A stretch of 63,877 nt of DNA, filler included, from Reticulomyxa filosa (lineage: Eukaryota > Protista > Foraminifera): NCBI GenBank assembly GCA_000512085.1. It is 20 parts of 20 records of this genome, joined end to end, with 100 filler letters (N's around TTAATTAATTAA, not from the genome) between each part and the next. Parts side by side here need not be neighbours in the genome. Positions count along the whole stretch, not along the records: positions 38,607 to 41,766 come from ASPP01001773.1; positions 41,867 to 43,536 come from ASPP01014598.1; positions 43,637 to 49,874 come from ASPP01028433.1; positions 49,975 to 52,405 come from ASPP01020494.1; 16 more parts are not named here. One strand, given 5' to 3'. The translations under genes and the position numbers were made by a program. This document shows positions 39,573 through 51,702 of this stretch, in pieces (positions within the stretch are counted from its first letter, which is position 1; the number at the start of each line of letters is the position of its first letter). A model generated the notes under the pieces. That model ran no database searches and was not told the DNA's origin. It was given only the letters and a program-made list of their open reading frames with translations.

Positions 39573-40691
39573 ATGAGCGATAAAACTTTTGACTGTCAAC
39601 TGTATCAAAAATTGAAAGATATTGTTAAAAACACTCCTAGTGATATTGACAATGAGAACAAGGATATTGAAATTGAAAATACATCTTTATCTCCACAACC
39701 ACTTCCGCAAATCAACTGCATACCTATCGAATTATTGCAAAAAAATTTTCTTGAAAATCTACTCGATTTTGAAAATAAGTTGCTATGTAGTTTGCAAAAA
39801 TGTGGTGTAAAATATCAATGCAAGGCACTTATAGAATATCACATTAGTTTGTGCAAAACTCAATACAATGAGAGCTGTACACATTACCAAAAGATAACAC
39901 AGCAAATGAACAAAAAAATAGAAGAAGTAAATTTAAGCAAACAAGATTATGAAAAAAAAATGCAAGAAGAATTTAATGAAAAGTTACAACAAAAAATAAA
40001 AGAGATTAAACAAAGGCTTCAAACTCAGCTTCAGAAATCAGAAAAACAAGTAGACAACGAAAAAGAAAAAGAGCGCAAAAAAGTCAAGGATAATCCTAAT
40101 TTGGTCATCAATTGCAAGAAAAAATATGAATATTTGCTCAAGCAAAAAGAGAAAGAGATACATTGTTTAAAATGTAAAAACGAAGCGTTACAAGCTGAGA
40201 TGCAGACAAGGGAAAATGCACTAAGAGATGAAATCAACACATTAGAAAAACGCTACTCCGAAACAACAGAGTTTTTTCAGCGAGAATTAGACACTTGCAA
40301 AGAGAACTTTAGGCTTTTAAAAAATGACTGGGAATCAGAAAAACGTATCTCTGCTCTGCATATCCAGGAATTGCAAAAACAAATTGAAGAGCATTCAATA
40401 GAAGCATCCAAATTACACAAAGAAATTGAAGAATTAAACAAAACAATAGATTCATTAAAACAACAACACGCTAGCAAGCTTCAACTACTTGACAGCAGAC
40501 ATAATGCCGTTATCCAAGAAGTCGAACACAAAATGACACAAATTTGCAACAAAAAAAAAATCGAAATTGAAAAGCTGAAACGTTTTTACGAAAAAACAAT
40601 CAGCGTCTACGAAATGGAAAAAATCAAGCTGAACCAAATGATTCACGAAAGAGACGAGCAATTGAACTCGCTCAACTCTGAATTAAGCTAG
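39573..40691 (+). CDS. Coiled-coil protein
   Basis: Intact 372-aa single-exon ORF, K/E/Q/L-rich with a heptad pattern. Confidence 0.7.
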   Translation: MSDKTFDCQLYQKLKDIVKNTPSDIDNENKDIEIENTSLSPQPLPQINCIPIELLQKNFLENLLDFENKLLCSLQKCGVKYQCKALIEYHISLCKTQYNESCTHYQKITQQMNKKIEEVNLSKQDYEKKMQEEFNEKLQQKIKEIKQRLQTQLQKSEKQVDNEKEKERKKVKDNPNLVINCKKKYEYLLKQKEKEIHCLKCKNEALQAEMQTRENALRDEINTLEKRYSETTEFFQRELDTCKENFRLLKNDWESEKRISALHIQELQKQIEEHSIEASKLHKEIEELNKTIDSLKQQHASKLQLLDSRHNAVIQEVEHKMTQICNKKKIEIEKLKRFYEKTISVYEMEKIKLNQMIHERDEQLNSLNSELS

Positions 40692-41286
40692 TGTTTTGGA
40701 ACAATTTAAATATATATTAAGGAATTGTATTTTCAAATTCGAAAGGCAAAAAAAATTTTTATTTTTCTTTAAGTACTTTGTGCGAGAATTTTTAAACGTC
40801 TCAAAATAAAATATGAGGTGGAACCACTAACTAACTTTCAATAATATTCAGTTTCATCATATCAGGTGCTTTCTCTTTTCAAAGAAGACACAATAACCTT
40901 TGCAATGTGCTTTGCATCAAATTAAATTTAAGATTTAATTCTTTGTTAGGTGTGTATTAGAGATAACAAAAAGTGTTGAAACTTGGACAAAGAACTCAAA
41001 ATGCGGAACACGAGACATATAGTTAGTGTAGCTTTCTTCAGACGCTCAATAATTTAACTCACTTTTTTTTTATGAATAATATAATGAGATTTGGAAAGTT
41101 AAACAATTCAATTATTAAAAAATTTAATGTACTTAGTGTCAAATCTACATGAAATATCGGAAGCAGGCTATTTTTTTTTTTTTGAGGAAATAATATTTTA
41201 ATTTTTTTTTCTCGAAGTAAATGAAAAAAAGTAATTACTAAAATATAGCCCCAAAAAGAAGAAAAGAATTTTGGAGGCATTCTTGT

Positions 41287-41637
41287 TTATTCTTGCCATT
41301 CAGGTGAAAACTTATCAATAGGCCGTTGAGGAATTTGATAGTGGGAGGCTAAAATGACGGTTATCAAATCCACGGTTTTTTCCATTTCTTGCCAGGCTGT
41401 TAGTAGTCCTTTGACAAAAGGTTTGAATACCTCTGTGGTGTCATCAACATGTTCCTCCCTCCCCCAGGATATGATATTTTTGGATTTTTGTGTTTTAGGT
41501 TCTAAGTCAACAGGATGTATTGTCTGCAAATTGTCCAAGTAAATGACTGGATCCAACAATCGGTGGCGACTTTGAAGGCCCGTCAAAAAGAGTATTGTGG
41601 TACCCGCCCATATCCAACCATCACCAAACAGAGCCTT
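41287..41637 (-). CDS. CYFIP: CYFIP/PIR121 (Sra1)-like protein, terminal exon
   Basis: LFGDGWIWAGTTILFLTGLQSRHRLLD matches the CYFIP C-terminal FGDGL.WAGC.II.LLGQQ.RF..LD motif. Confidence 0.7.
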   Translation of the reverse strand, partial: KALFGDGWIWAGTTILFLTGLQSRHRLLDPVIYLDNLQTIHPVDLEPKTQKSKNIISWGREEHVDDTTEVFKPFVKGLLTAWQEMEKTVDLITVILASHYQIPQRPIDKFSPEWQE

Positions 41638-42049
41638 ATATATACATATATGTATATGTACATACATATAATTTGCATTATATTTATTAGTGATATGTGT
41701 ATACGTATGTGGCCAATTAGCTATGTTTTGTAGAGAGAGAGAGAGAGGAGGGAGGAAGGAGAGAGANNNNNNNNNNNNNNNNNNNNNNNNNNNNNNNNNN
41801 NNNNNNNNNNTTAATTAATTAANNNNNNNNNNNNNNNNNNNNNNNNNNNNNNNNNNNNNNNNNNNNTGTTTTGCGTTTGTGTGTTTTATCCTATTTCATT
41901 TTTTTTTTTGTTTCCTCTCCTTTGATTATTGTCTTCCATGAATAACTGCCATTGGCAAACAAAAAAAAAATTTTTAGTATTAAAAATAGTAGTGTTTCCG
42001 GATTGTACACCAAAAAAAGTGGTTGATTGATGTTGTAATGTATGTTAGT

Positions 42050-42339
42050 TACAGTGTTGCACTGGAGCATATAAACCGATGTTGGAAATCATCCAGCGCA
42101 GTGACAACCGTATGGTTGTGATGACAGAATATTATCATCAGTTTTTCGTCACGAAAAGTGAGTCTATCCTCGAAGCTGAGAAGAATAAAAGAACGAATGG
42201 CAGCAAAGACGATTGTAACACGGGCTCCTCAGATTCGGATTCTAGTCTATTAAGCGAATCGCTGGGGATTTGCCCATATTTTAAAGCGGCAGAAACGATA
42301 CCGGACGAAGATGGCTTTGTATTTGTACACTACAGTTGA
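42050..42339 (+). CDS. Terminal exon of a hypothetical protein
   Basis: Coding-like open frame after an intron-like AT-rich stretch; no motif recognised. Confidence 0.35.
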
Positions 42340-42912
42340 ATCAACAATTTCAACTCTTTTTGTTCTTTCAAGACAAAGAAATCCATTTCACGGCGGAGTC
42401 ATCGAAATCTTTAAATAGTTTTCACTGACAAAGTGCTTATTTGTTGACAGTTGTATTTTTTTCTTGGGCATTTATCTTTTCGATAATATATCTCCTTACG
42501 ATTTACACTGTAGTTACAGTATACGATTTTAAACTTCCGACAGCTGCTTTGCTCTTGTGTGGTCTTTTTTTATTGTTTTTTCTTTTTGTTCTTTTTTTAT
42601 CTCTTTTTTGTGGTGTTGTTTGTTTTAGCCTGCCGTTGTTTATCTTGCCATAACTGGAATTTTAGTTTATTTTGATTAGTGTTCCAGGTGAGCACTAAGT
42701 AGCCATACAAAAAGATCTGCATAAAAAAAAAACTTAAGTGGAAGTCAAACAAATTCTGTTATAAAAGAAAGAATTTGCTTAAAAAAAATGATAAGCTGTA
42801 TGAACCTTGCAAAAAAAAGGGGAATGGACAAAAAAAAATCCTCGAGTTAAAATAGCAAAAAATAGAACTTAAAGGGTAGACAAATAATCCTTTCTCTTGA
42901 CAGGTTTGCACT

Positions 42913-43515
42913 CTACAGCCTCGAAAAGACCATGAAAGACTTTGTTTTCTGCACAACAACTCGAAAGAAAAAGCATTCATTTTCACACTGTTCAATCAAG
43001 CCAAAAATTTCCATTTGATTGGCGGACAACAAGGGACGTTCGATTTTGGTTCGATCAGTTTGAGTGGTAAAAAAACTCGACACATCTAACAAGTATACTG
43101 TGCAAAAAGGTTCTGGAATGACAGCTCTTGACTCACTACTACTTTTTTGATCTTGGCTGTTCTTGCTCCACCATTTGGGTCTCATCAGTACCTCTTTACG
43201 ATATGTTTGAGTCATGTTTGTGATGGACCATTCGTCCTTAAGGAAAAAGCCTTGTTTCGGATTGTTGATCGGCTCAAATTCGCACAAGGTGTTCCAAACA
43301 AACCGAACATATTCACTTTGGTTCACGTGTCCATTCCAATCCAAATCGCTCGCAAAAAGCTCAAACTTTTTTTCCAGCAGCACTGGATACCGATACTTGC
43401 TGCTGTCACTTCGTTTTGCCACGCCTTGTCGTTTCGGAAATAGCTGTTGCAACAAGTTCATGGCACGGTCATAATTTTCTTCACTTTTCTTGACTTCCGG
43501 GGTCAGCTTATCTTT
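42913..43515 (-). CDS. Acyl-ACP/acyl-CoA thioesterase-like hotdog domain, terminal exon
   Basis: FELFASDLDWNGHVNQSEYVRFV matches the DLD.N.HVNN..Y motif, followed by MTQTYRKEV. Confidence 0.7.
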   Translation of the reverse strand, partial: KDKLTPEVKKSEENYDRAMNLLQQLFPKRQGVAKRSDSSKYRYPVLLEKKFELFASDLDWNGHVNQSEYVRFVWNTLCEFEPINNPKQGFFLKDEWSITNMTQTYRKEVLMRPKWWSKNSQDQKSSSESRAVIPEPFCTVYLLDVSSFFTTQTDRTKIERPLLSANQMEIFGLIEQCENECFFFRVVVQKTKSFMVFSRL

Positions 43516-44041
43516 TGAAGACTTTTTTTTTTTTTTNNNNNNNNNNNNNNNNNNNNNNNNNNNNNNNNNNNNNNNNNNNNTTAATTAATTAANNNNNNNN
43601 NNNNNNNNNNNNNNNNNNNNNNNNNNNNNNNNNNNNGAGACATAAAAAAAAAAATGTAAAACGATTGCACAGACAAATGTGTGAGTCTCGGACTATGGTT
43701 GCAGGATGGAAATTAACCAAAAACACAAGAGGTCACTCACTCACAATCAATTCTGCATATAACAATATCAACTTACGCACATGCACTGTTTTTTTTTTTG
43801 AAAAGAAAAAACTCTTTAAAAAAAAAACAAAAACTACGTGTTTGAGGGAAAGATGTATACAAAATAATAAAAAACAAACAAACTAGTGACTAATGAATTA
43901 ATTCATAGTGCAGCTTCCTTTTCTATAGAAACACAAAGTGAAATATTTATTAAAGTTTTGAGTGAAAACATATTAGTTTAATTTTTTTCTTTTTTGGAAA
44001 GGGTAAAGGGTTATAATATGTATACGTGACTGACATTATTA

Positions 44042-47000
44042 ATGATTGGCAAACACAAAAACCGAACAGCTTTTGGGAGGAATGCAAAGTGTTACGGAAC
44101 AAGGAAAGCACACAATGGAGATGAAAGTCTTAATGCGATTATGTGGTGATGTGATTGAAGAAGAAGAGTTGAAGAAGCAACTCGAAGAAAACAACGGCAA
44201 CGTATCTGTGGTACTTGAAAAGTTGGTTTCAAAATTAATGAACCAAAAAGTTAGGTTATATTTTACTAAAAACAACAAAAAAAAAAGTGTCCAAAAATTT
44301 CTTAATAAAAAAAAAAAGACTGAAATTCAAGTGAAAACGTGCATAGCAAGACACAAGAGCCAGAAAATAAAAATGAACAAGTTTTCATTCTCATAAATTC
44401 TATTTTACTTTCTTTTCTGTTAAAGTAATTATTTGTATTATCTTTTATTAAAAAAAAAAAAAAAAAAAGGATAAAAGACAATCAAGAGTTAAAAAAAGAT
44501 GGAGAAAGCGAACAAAAATTAGACAAATTGCACAAAGAAGATGAAAAAGTAGAGATTGGGGAAACGAAGCCTGGGATAAATGTGCAAGGTTATTGCGTGA
44601 ATCAAGATTGTTTGGCAGCAAGGGCAAAGCTTCCAGTGTGGGTGAATCTTGGATTTGGTGATGCTTCCTTTCATTCCGATAGGACAAATTATCGCTGCCC
44701 AGATTGCGCACAAGCAACAGTTACATCCGTGGTAAAGGCTCTGTTTTTCAATTCAGAGCACTCTATTTGTGCGAGTGATACGTCGATTCCTGTCAAGGAT
44801 AATCATTATCAATGCTTTTATATAATCAAACCGGGACTATCATATGATCTGAAATCGAAAAAAATTAGACAACATGCAACAAGTTTGGAAGATTTAATAA
44901 TGAAGAGTGAAGATGCAATGACGAGTAATGAGATATTAAACTTAGTGGCAGAATTACAGAAGTATTTGATAACAGTGGTAAAACCATCCAAAGTGAAAGA
45001 CAAAGTAAGATTATTGGAGAAGATTCAATGTGATTACAATGGCGATTACAATCAAGTATTTGATGTTGGGAGATTCACAATTTTATGTGATAATGCAACT
45101 AAATTGCAAACAGCAGTGGCGGTGATGAAGAAGGCTGAGCAATTTAACTTGATTGTATCTGAAGATAAAGACTTCTTTGAAAGGCAGTCTAAAACACATC
45201 ATCGTTTCCATAATATTAAACTGTATGTCCCTAAACATGATGTATATGTGGAAATGCAAGCAACATTGAAAAATTTCACAACACTGGAAGGATATACTGT
45301 AATTGAAAATCCAAAATTAAGCCATTTATTTTATGAGCACATTAGAGCATGGAAACCAAACAACTCAGAAGAAGAAGATCTGAAACAAGCAAGTGATGAT
45401 ACTTTAACAAAGATTAATGATATTATTTGTGAATGGATGGATGAAAAAGGAATACAAAAAATGGCAAATCGGTACAAATCGAATTCGGATATCGGAGTAT
45501 TGAAACCACCACAACTCTCTAAAAAAACAGAGATTGAAATTAATAACAATGTGTCATTGAAAATGATACAATTCGTATATGAACAGTTGTGCAAATTCAC
45601 TCCAGAAAAAGTAAAAGGGAAAGCCATTTACATGGTTCTATATGAATATTATAAAAAGTATATAGTTGGAGATAAGAATCCAGCAAGTTGCGCGGATTTT
45701 GCACTATTATTGCAAGAGGCAAGGAAACAAGAAATGGAAGAAGATATTGCCATATCTCAGGCACTCGAAACATATATCCCATTACAAGCAAATAATTATC
45801 CGCATATGGATAACGATGACAATAAAAATCAAGATACTTATGATTGTCATCAACATGTGATTACCTTTTTGGAAAAAGAAAAAGAAAAAGAGGAAGAAAA
45901 CAAAAATGAACAACAACAGCAAAGAAAAGCAATGATCATTCAAGGAAAATCAGGATCAGGAAAAAGTATATTTTGTCGTCATTTGGAAAATACATTATGG
46001 AATAATTACATATCTAATTCAAATAATCGCATCCCTGTTTATATTTCTTTTTCAAAAGTATATGATGACCAAAATGAAAAAGATATTATTTTGCAAGCAT
46101 TACAGGGTAAACATATTAGCAAAGAAATTATGGATGCGATACGTGAAAAAGTGTCCTTTGTATTTATTATGGATGGATTTGATGAAATATTTGACTTTTA
46201 TCGTAAAAATGAAAATGAGCAATATTTCTATGATCGCTTCAATTTGAGTCAATGGAATGCAAAAGTGATTGTTACTTGTCGAAGTAAAGTATTGAATGAC
46301 GATGATATCAAAAGTACTTTAATTGGCACAAACAAAAATGACACATCAATGATGTACTTATGGCCATTTACAAAACAGCAAATGTCGAATTACATTGAAA
46401 AATTTGCAACAATGAAATCCAAAAGTAGCAATAAAATGAATAATGAAGACAATGATTGGACACCGAAGCAATATGAGGAAACATTAAATAACTACTCAAA
46501 TTTACAGAAAATGGTGGAAGAACCATTTCTTCTTCAACTTATTTTAAGTGTATTACCGTCATTGGTAAAACGATATGGAATAGGGAGCAGAATTACAAAA
46601 GCACAAGTATATGAAGTATTCAATGAGCAATGGATTGATATTCATACACAGAATATAACCTCGAAATTAGCAGAATTACGAATGAAAATGGACACAAGCA
46701 AAGTCAAAGCGACATTAAAGCAGTATTGTCTTGATTTAGGATTCGCCATGTTTATTCAAGGAAATCAGGTTGCAATTGAATCTGATTTTCACTATGAAGA
46801 CAATCATGAAACTTGGAGTAAATTAGATCCAATCATAGAAAATGAAAACACAAGTATTGTGGATAAAAAAACGGAAATGAAAACAGCAAACGAAGGTGAA
46901 TCTTCAAAAACAAAAGATGCTTGGGAAAGATATTTCAGCGGTGATAGTGTGGCGAAATATGTATTAAGAAGAGTGGGTGGAAATAAATATCAATTTTTAC

Positions 47001-49500
47001 ACAAATCATGTCAAGAATTTTATGCAGCTCAAAAAATTATATTGGACATTATTTCATGGAAACCAATTATTTCCGGTGACAGTGTTAACAATCAACAATT
47101 TCAAAAGCAATTTAAAACGCATGCCCAAAGCTCTTTTTCAATCGTAAATTATTGAATGAAGAAATGGGAATTATTCAATTTATTGCAGAACGAATTTATG
47201 ACAGCAATCCGATATTTGTAAATTTAAAAGCTCGATTATTCCGAATTATTGAAGCATCCAAAGTAAATCCAACAGTATCAATTGCAGCTGCAAATGCTGC
47301 GACTATACTGAATGCAGCCCGCGTTAGCATGAACTATCAAAACTGGGATAATGTCAAAATACCACATGCCATCCTAGATCGTGCTTTCCTGGAAGGTACC
47401 AGTTTCAAGGAAGCCATCTTAGACAATGTCAGTTTATTCCAGGCTTTTCTTAACAATACCAATTTCACTGGTGCTTCTTTGAATCAAGCTCACTTTGGTG
47501 AATATGCTTACTTCAAGGGACATTCAGGTTGGGTCACTTCAGCGCAATTCTCTCCGGATGGCTCCAAAATTATATCAAGTTCGCATGACAGGACAATTCA
47601 ATTTTGGGACGTGTCATCAGGAAAAGTACTTCAAACATTGAAAGGACATACCAATATAATTAATTGTGTACAATTTTCACCTGATGGCTCCAAAGTTGTG
47701 TCATGTTCAATGGATAACACGATTCGAATTTGGGATTTATCATCCAAAGAACAGCTCCAATTATTGCAAGGACACACAGACAATGTTACATTTGCACGAT
47801 TTTCGCCTGATGGATCCAGAATTGTATCGTGCTCATATGACACTACCATTCGATTGTGGGATGTGTCATCCGGAAAACAATTGAGCATATTGCAAGGACA
47901 TACTGGTTATATTAGCTGTGTACAATTTTCACCTGATGGATCTAAAATTGTATCGAGTGCATTTGATCTGACTATTCGATTGTGGGATGCAATCTCTGGA
48001 AAATTTCTTAGTTTTTTGAAAGGACATACATGCACGATTTCTTATGTGCAATTTTCACATGATGGATCACAAATAGCAGCAGGTTTAAATGATATGACAA
48101 TTCGATTGTGGGACGTGGCATCTGAAAAATGTCTTCAAGTATTCGGAGGACATACCGGTTATGTTACTTGCGTGCAATTCTCGCGTGATGGATCGAAACT
48201 TATATCAAGTGCAAGCGATAACACCATTCGATTGTGGAATACGTCATCTGGGAAAATCCTTCAATTATTTGAAGGACATACGAGTATTGTTGCCTCAGTT
48301 CAATTTTCCTTGGAGGAATCCAAAATTTTGTCAAGCTCAGCAGATTACACAATTCGATTGTGGGATATATTATCCGGACAGCAACTTCAGCCATCAGAAG
48401 GGCATTTCCATATGGTCATTTCGGCGCAATTCTCATCTGACAACTCACGAATTGCATCCTGTTCACATGACAGGACTATTCGACTATGGGATACGTCAAC
48501 TGGAAAGCAGCTCCAAGTATTTGAAGAACATCCCAGTACAGTCTCTTCTGTACACTTTTCACCTGACGGATCTAAAATTGTTTCTGGTGGATGGGATAAG
48601 AGTGTTCGGTTATGGGATGCGTTAATTGGAAAACAACTTCAGTTATTGGAAGGACATACAAATATGGTTACTTCTGTTCAATTTTCACCTGATGGATACA
48701 AAATCGTGTCTGGCTCATATGATAACACGATCCGATTGTGGGACATATCATCTGGAAAACAAATTCAATCATTGGAAGGACACACGGGATATGTCACTTC
48801 TGTGCAATTTTCACCTGATGGATCCAAAATTCTGTCTGGGTCATATGATAAGACAATTCGAGTCTGGGATGCATCATCTGGAAAACAACTTCAATCATTG
48901 GAAGGGCATACAAGTATACTTACAGCTGCGCAATTTTCACCTGATGGCTCCAGAATTGGGTCAAGTGCGTATGATTTAACAATTCGAATATGGGATGTGT
49001 CATCTGGAAAACAACTCCAATTAATAAAAGGGCATACTACTGTTATCGCTTCTGTGCACTTTTCTCCGGATGGATCCAAAGTTGTATCAAGTTCCTGGGA
49101 TCGCACTGCTCGGGTATGGGATGTGTTATCTGGCAAACAGATCCAATTGTTGGAAGGACATACATCTTATGTCAACTCTGCGCAATTTTCATCTGATGGG
49201 TCCAAAATTGTGTCAGCCTCGCATGATAAGACCATCCGCTTATGGAGCATGACTCCCCACCGAAGTGCAGAGTTGTCTGTCCATCCAAAGAACGTAAGTA
49301 CAATTAATCCTTCTGCTGGGCCATCTGGTTTAGAAAATGCAAATAGTCATCTAAAGAATAGGGAAGGGGAGTGGAAGTGCGTTTGGATAGGCGGTGTTCA
49401 GGATTGCGGGTTGTCCTTGAAAGGTAGTATTTGGAAGAACACCAAAGGTTTAACGTCATCGCAAGTGTTACTTGTGGAACAGCGTGGTGGTACTTTTTAA
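44042..49500 (+). CDS. NLR-like STAND protein: CUE-like, Zn-ribbon, RelA/SpoT-like nucleotidyltransferase, NACHT NTPase, pentapeptide repeats, 14 WD40 repeats
   Basis: RelA/SpoT-like block 44980-45352. Walker A GKSGSGKS (~45944-45967), Walker B FVFIMDGFDE (~46157-46186), VIVTCRS, PFLL and YQFLHKSCQEFYAA. Pentapeptides ~47368-47499, WD40 47515-49248. ORFs 44528-47155 and 47152-49500 join if one base is added near 47128 (HAQKLFFNRKLLNEEMG). Two short 5' introns; the start codon is uncertain. Confidence 0.9.
47515..49248 (+). repeat. 14 tandem 126-bp coding repeats (WD40, 42 aa each)
   Basis: Repeated GH....V..VQFSPDGSKIVS.S.D.TIRLWD.SSGK.LQ.L with high nucleotide similarity (caattttcacctgatggatc...). 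Confidence 0.95.
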
Positions 49501-50069
49501 ACCATTATTTTTATTTCTTGTTGATTTGTACAGACAAAAGTTGGACTTTTTAGTGACTCGAATCTCATTTTTCATTCAGTAAATCTTGAAAGACTTCTTG
49601 GGGCTCAAATATTTCCCATTAAGTAAGTCTTCAATCATGAGTATCCAGTTTCGCATACAATACAGCGCCATAGTTTATGGTATGGGCTGACATGTAAGTG
49701 GATTGCGACCCCACCTGACGCCTTTATTTATTTATGAAAAAATAGTACGAAAAAACATTTGCGATAAAATTTTAATTTGAGATCATTTCTAAAACACTAA
49801 TAATTGTATGTAAAGGACAACAGAACAGACAAATATTTGACTGTTGTCATGGATTTTGACATCATTCGAAAAGCNNNNNNNNNNNNNNNNNNNNNNNNNN
49901 NNNNNNNNNNNNNNNNNNTTAATTAATTAANNNNNNNNNNNNNNNNNNNNNNNNNNNNNNNNNNNNNNNNNNNNATACATACATACATACATACATACAT
50001 GCATATATGTATATATATATATATATATATTGGATACTCTTCTCCCAGGAAAATACAACAAATAAACTG

Positions 50070-51671
50070 TTGGAATTGGGATGGGTACATACGAGCAACG
50101 GCTCTTGAAGCGAAGCGCGACGTTGCGACTTTGGATGTTGCAATGGACGGTTCTGTGAAGAGTGATCCAACGAGATCATTGCGCTGGGGGTCTTCACCTT
50201 ATCTGTTATAAAGACTTGCTGGGTAGCACTATACGTACGGTTATGATCGTGGTTGTAAGGACTGTCCTTCTCTTCTCTCACAATCTTTGTCGCTGTCGTT
50301 GGTGCAGTTGTCGGAACAACTTTATTTCCCCTTCTTTCTATTACTTGGTTATAATCTAATGTGTCATTGTTATCACTGTCATTGTTTGTAATGTTTTGTG
50401 CATGACTTTGTTCTTTTCTCACATCTTTTGTTCTTGTTATCCGTTTTCGCACGTCTTGATCGTTTTCAAACTCACGCACTGGAGTTCTGCTTTTTAAACG
50501 TTGCGTCGACTCCAAGTTTGCGTCCTCACCGTCTTTGTGCTTGCCGTTCTTGCGTTTGATGCGATTGTTACTCCACATTTCTTTCATCAGATTTAAGATT
50601 CCTCCTCTGCTTTTCGACAACATATGTGTCGCTGATGTTTCCTCTCTCTTTGATTCGTCCTTCTTTTCAAGTCGACTTGTCTGTTTCCCAACTTTCATTG
50701 TATATTTGTAAATATATTTATATTTAAATAAGTATATTATATATACATATATACATATATGTATATATGACGTATACATTAAAGAGATTGACAACTTAAC
50801 AAAAAAATGGTACAGATACTTTTTTAATTGTCATCTTGGCAGTGTGTATGGTTTCGGAGAGACCAATCTCTTCTTCTTCTTCTTCTTCTTCTTCATTGTT
50901 ATCGTCATTATCTTTTTCTTCTTGTTCTTTGTCATCGAGCGGTGTTTGTTTCATTGGAGTTCGAAGTGGCTCCTGACCTCGGCCGTGGTGTGGATGTCGT
51001 GGTGGAAGCGACGAGTCGTACGTGACCTCATCTTCGGTTTCCGTGTGCAGAGGCTGAGACGGCGAGAGTGTGACCATGGTATGTCGACCGGTGTAGCTGG
51101 TGGTGTGCTTCCGCGTCGTGGACTCCAAAGTGGAGAGCGGGGTTGACCGCGTCACTTTGGGTGACGGGCTGTACGGAGACTGTGTCACAGTTGTGTCCGT
51201 GTTCAGCGTGTTGCGATGTGGAGGACACAATACTCCAGAGCCGCGATGATTATATGCATTCGCATTGTTCTGGTTATTGTGTCTGCTGCTGCTGGCCCTG
51301 CTCGTCTCCGGCATTTCATGTCCAACGTACTGCGATGGCAGAGGTGGAAGAGATGCAAGTGGAAGTGAATATACTGGAAGTGGAGGAGGACGAGGAGGAC
51401 GAGGAGGACGAAGACGAGAGGATGTAAGCTCGTCCTCTTTGCTCTCTTCCTCTTCTGTCTCGTATTGGAACTCTTTCGTACTTTTCGTAGGGGGAGTGTA
51501 GGGCTGAACCACTTCGTACCCGTCGTCGTCTTCGTCGTTACTGACACCGTATCCTTCGCTATCTTCGATTAAACCCTTTTCTCAGTTCGTCGAGTGAGCG
51601 AAAGGTGAGATTGATGAAAAGTATTGCAAAAAAAAAAGTTATTTCAATATCATGCACATATATATATACAT

Positions 51672-51702
<31 letters not shown>

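Noticed and set aside
47515-49248. Periodic repeats resembling a CRISPR array
   Set aside because: In-frame 126-bp WD40 coding units with no repeat-spacer structure and no cas genes.
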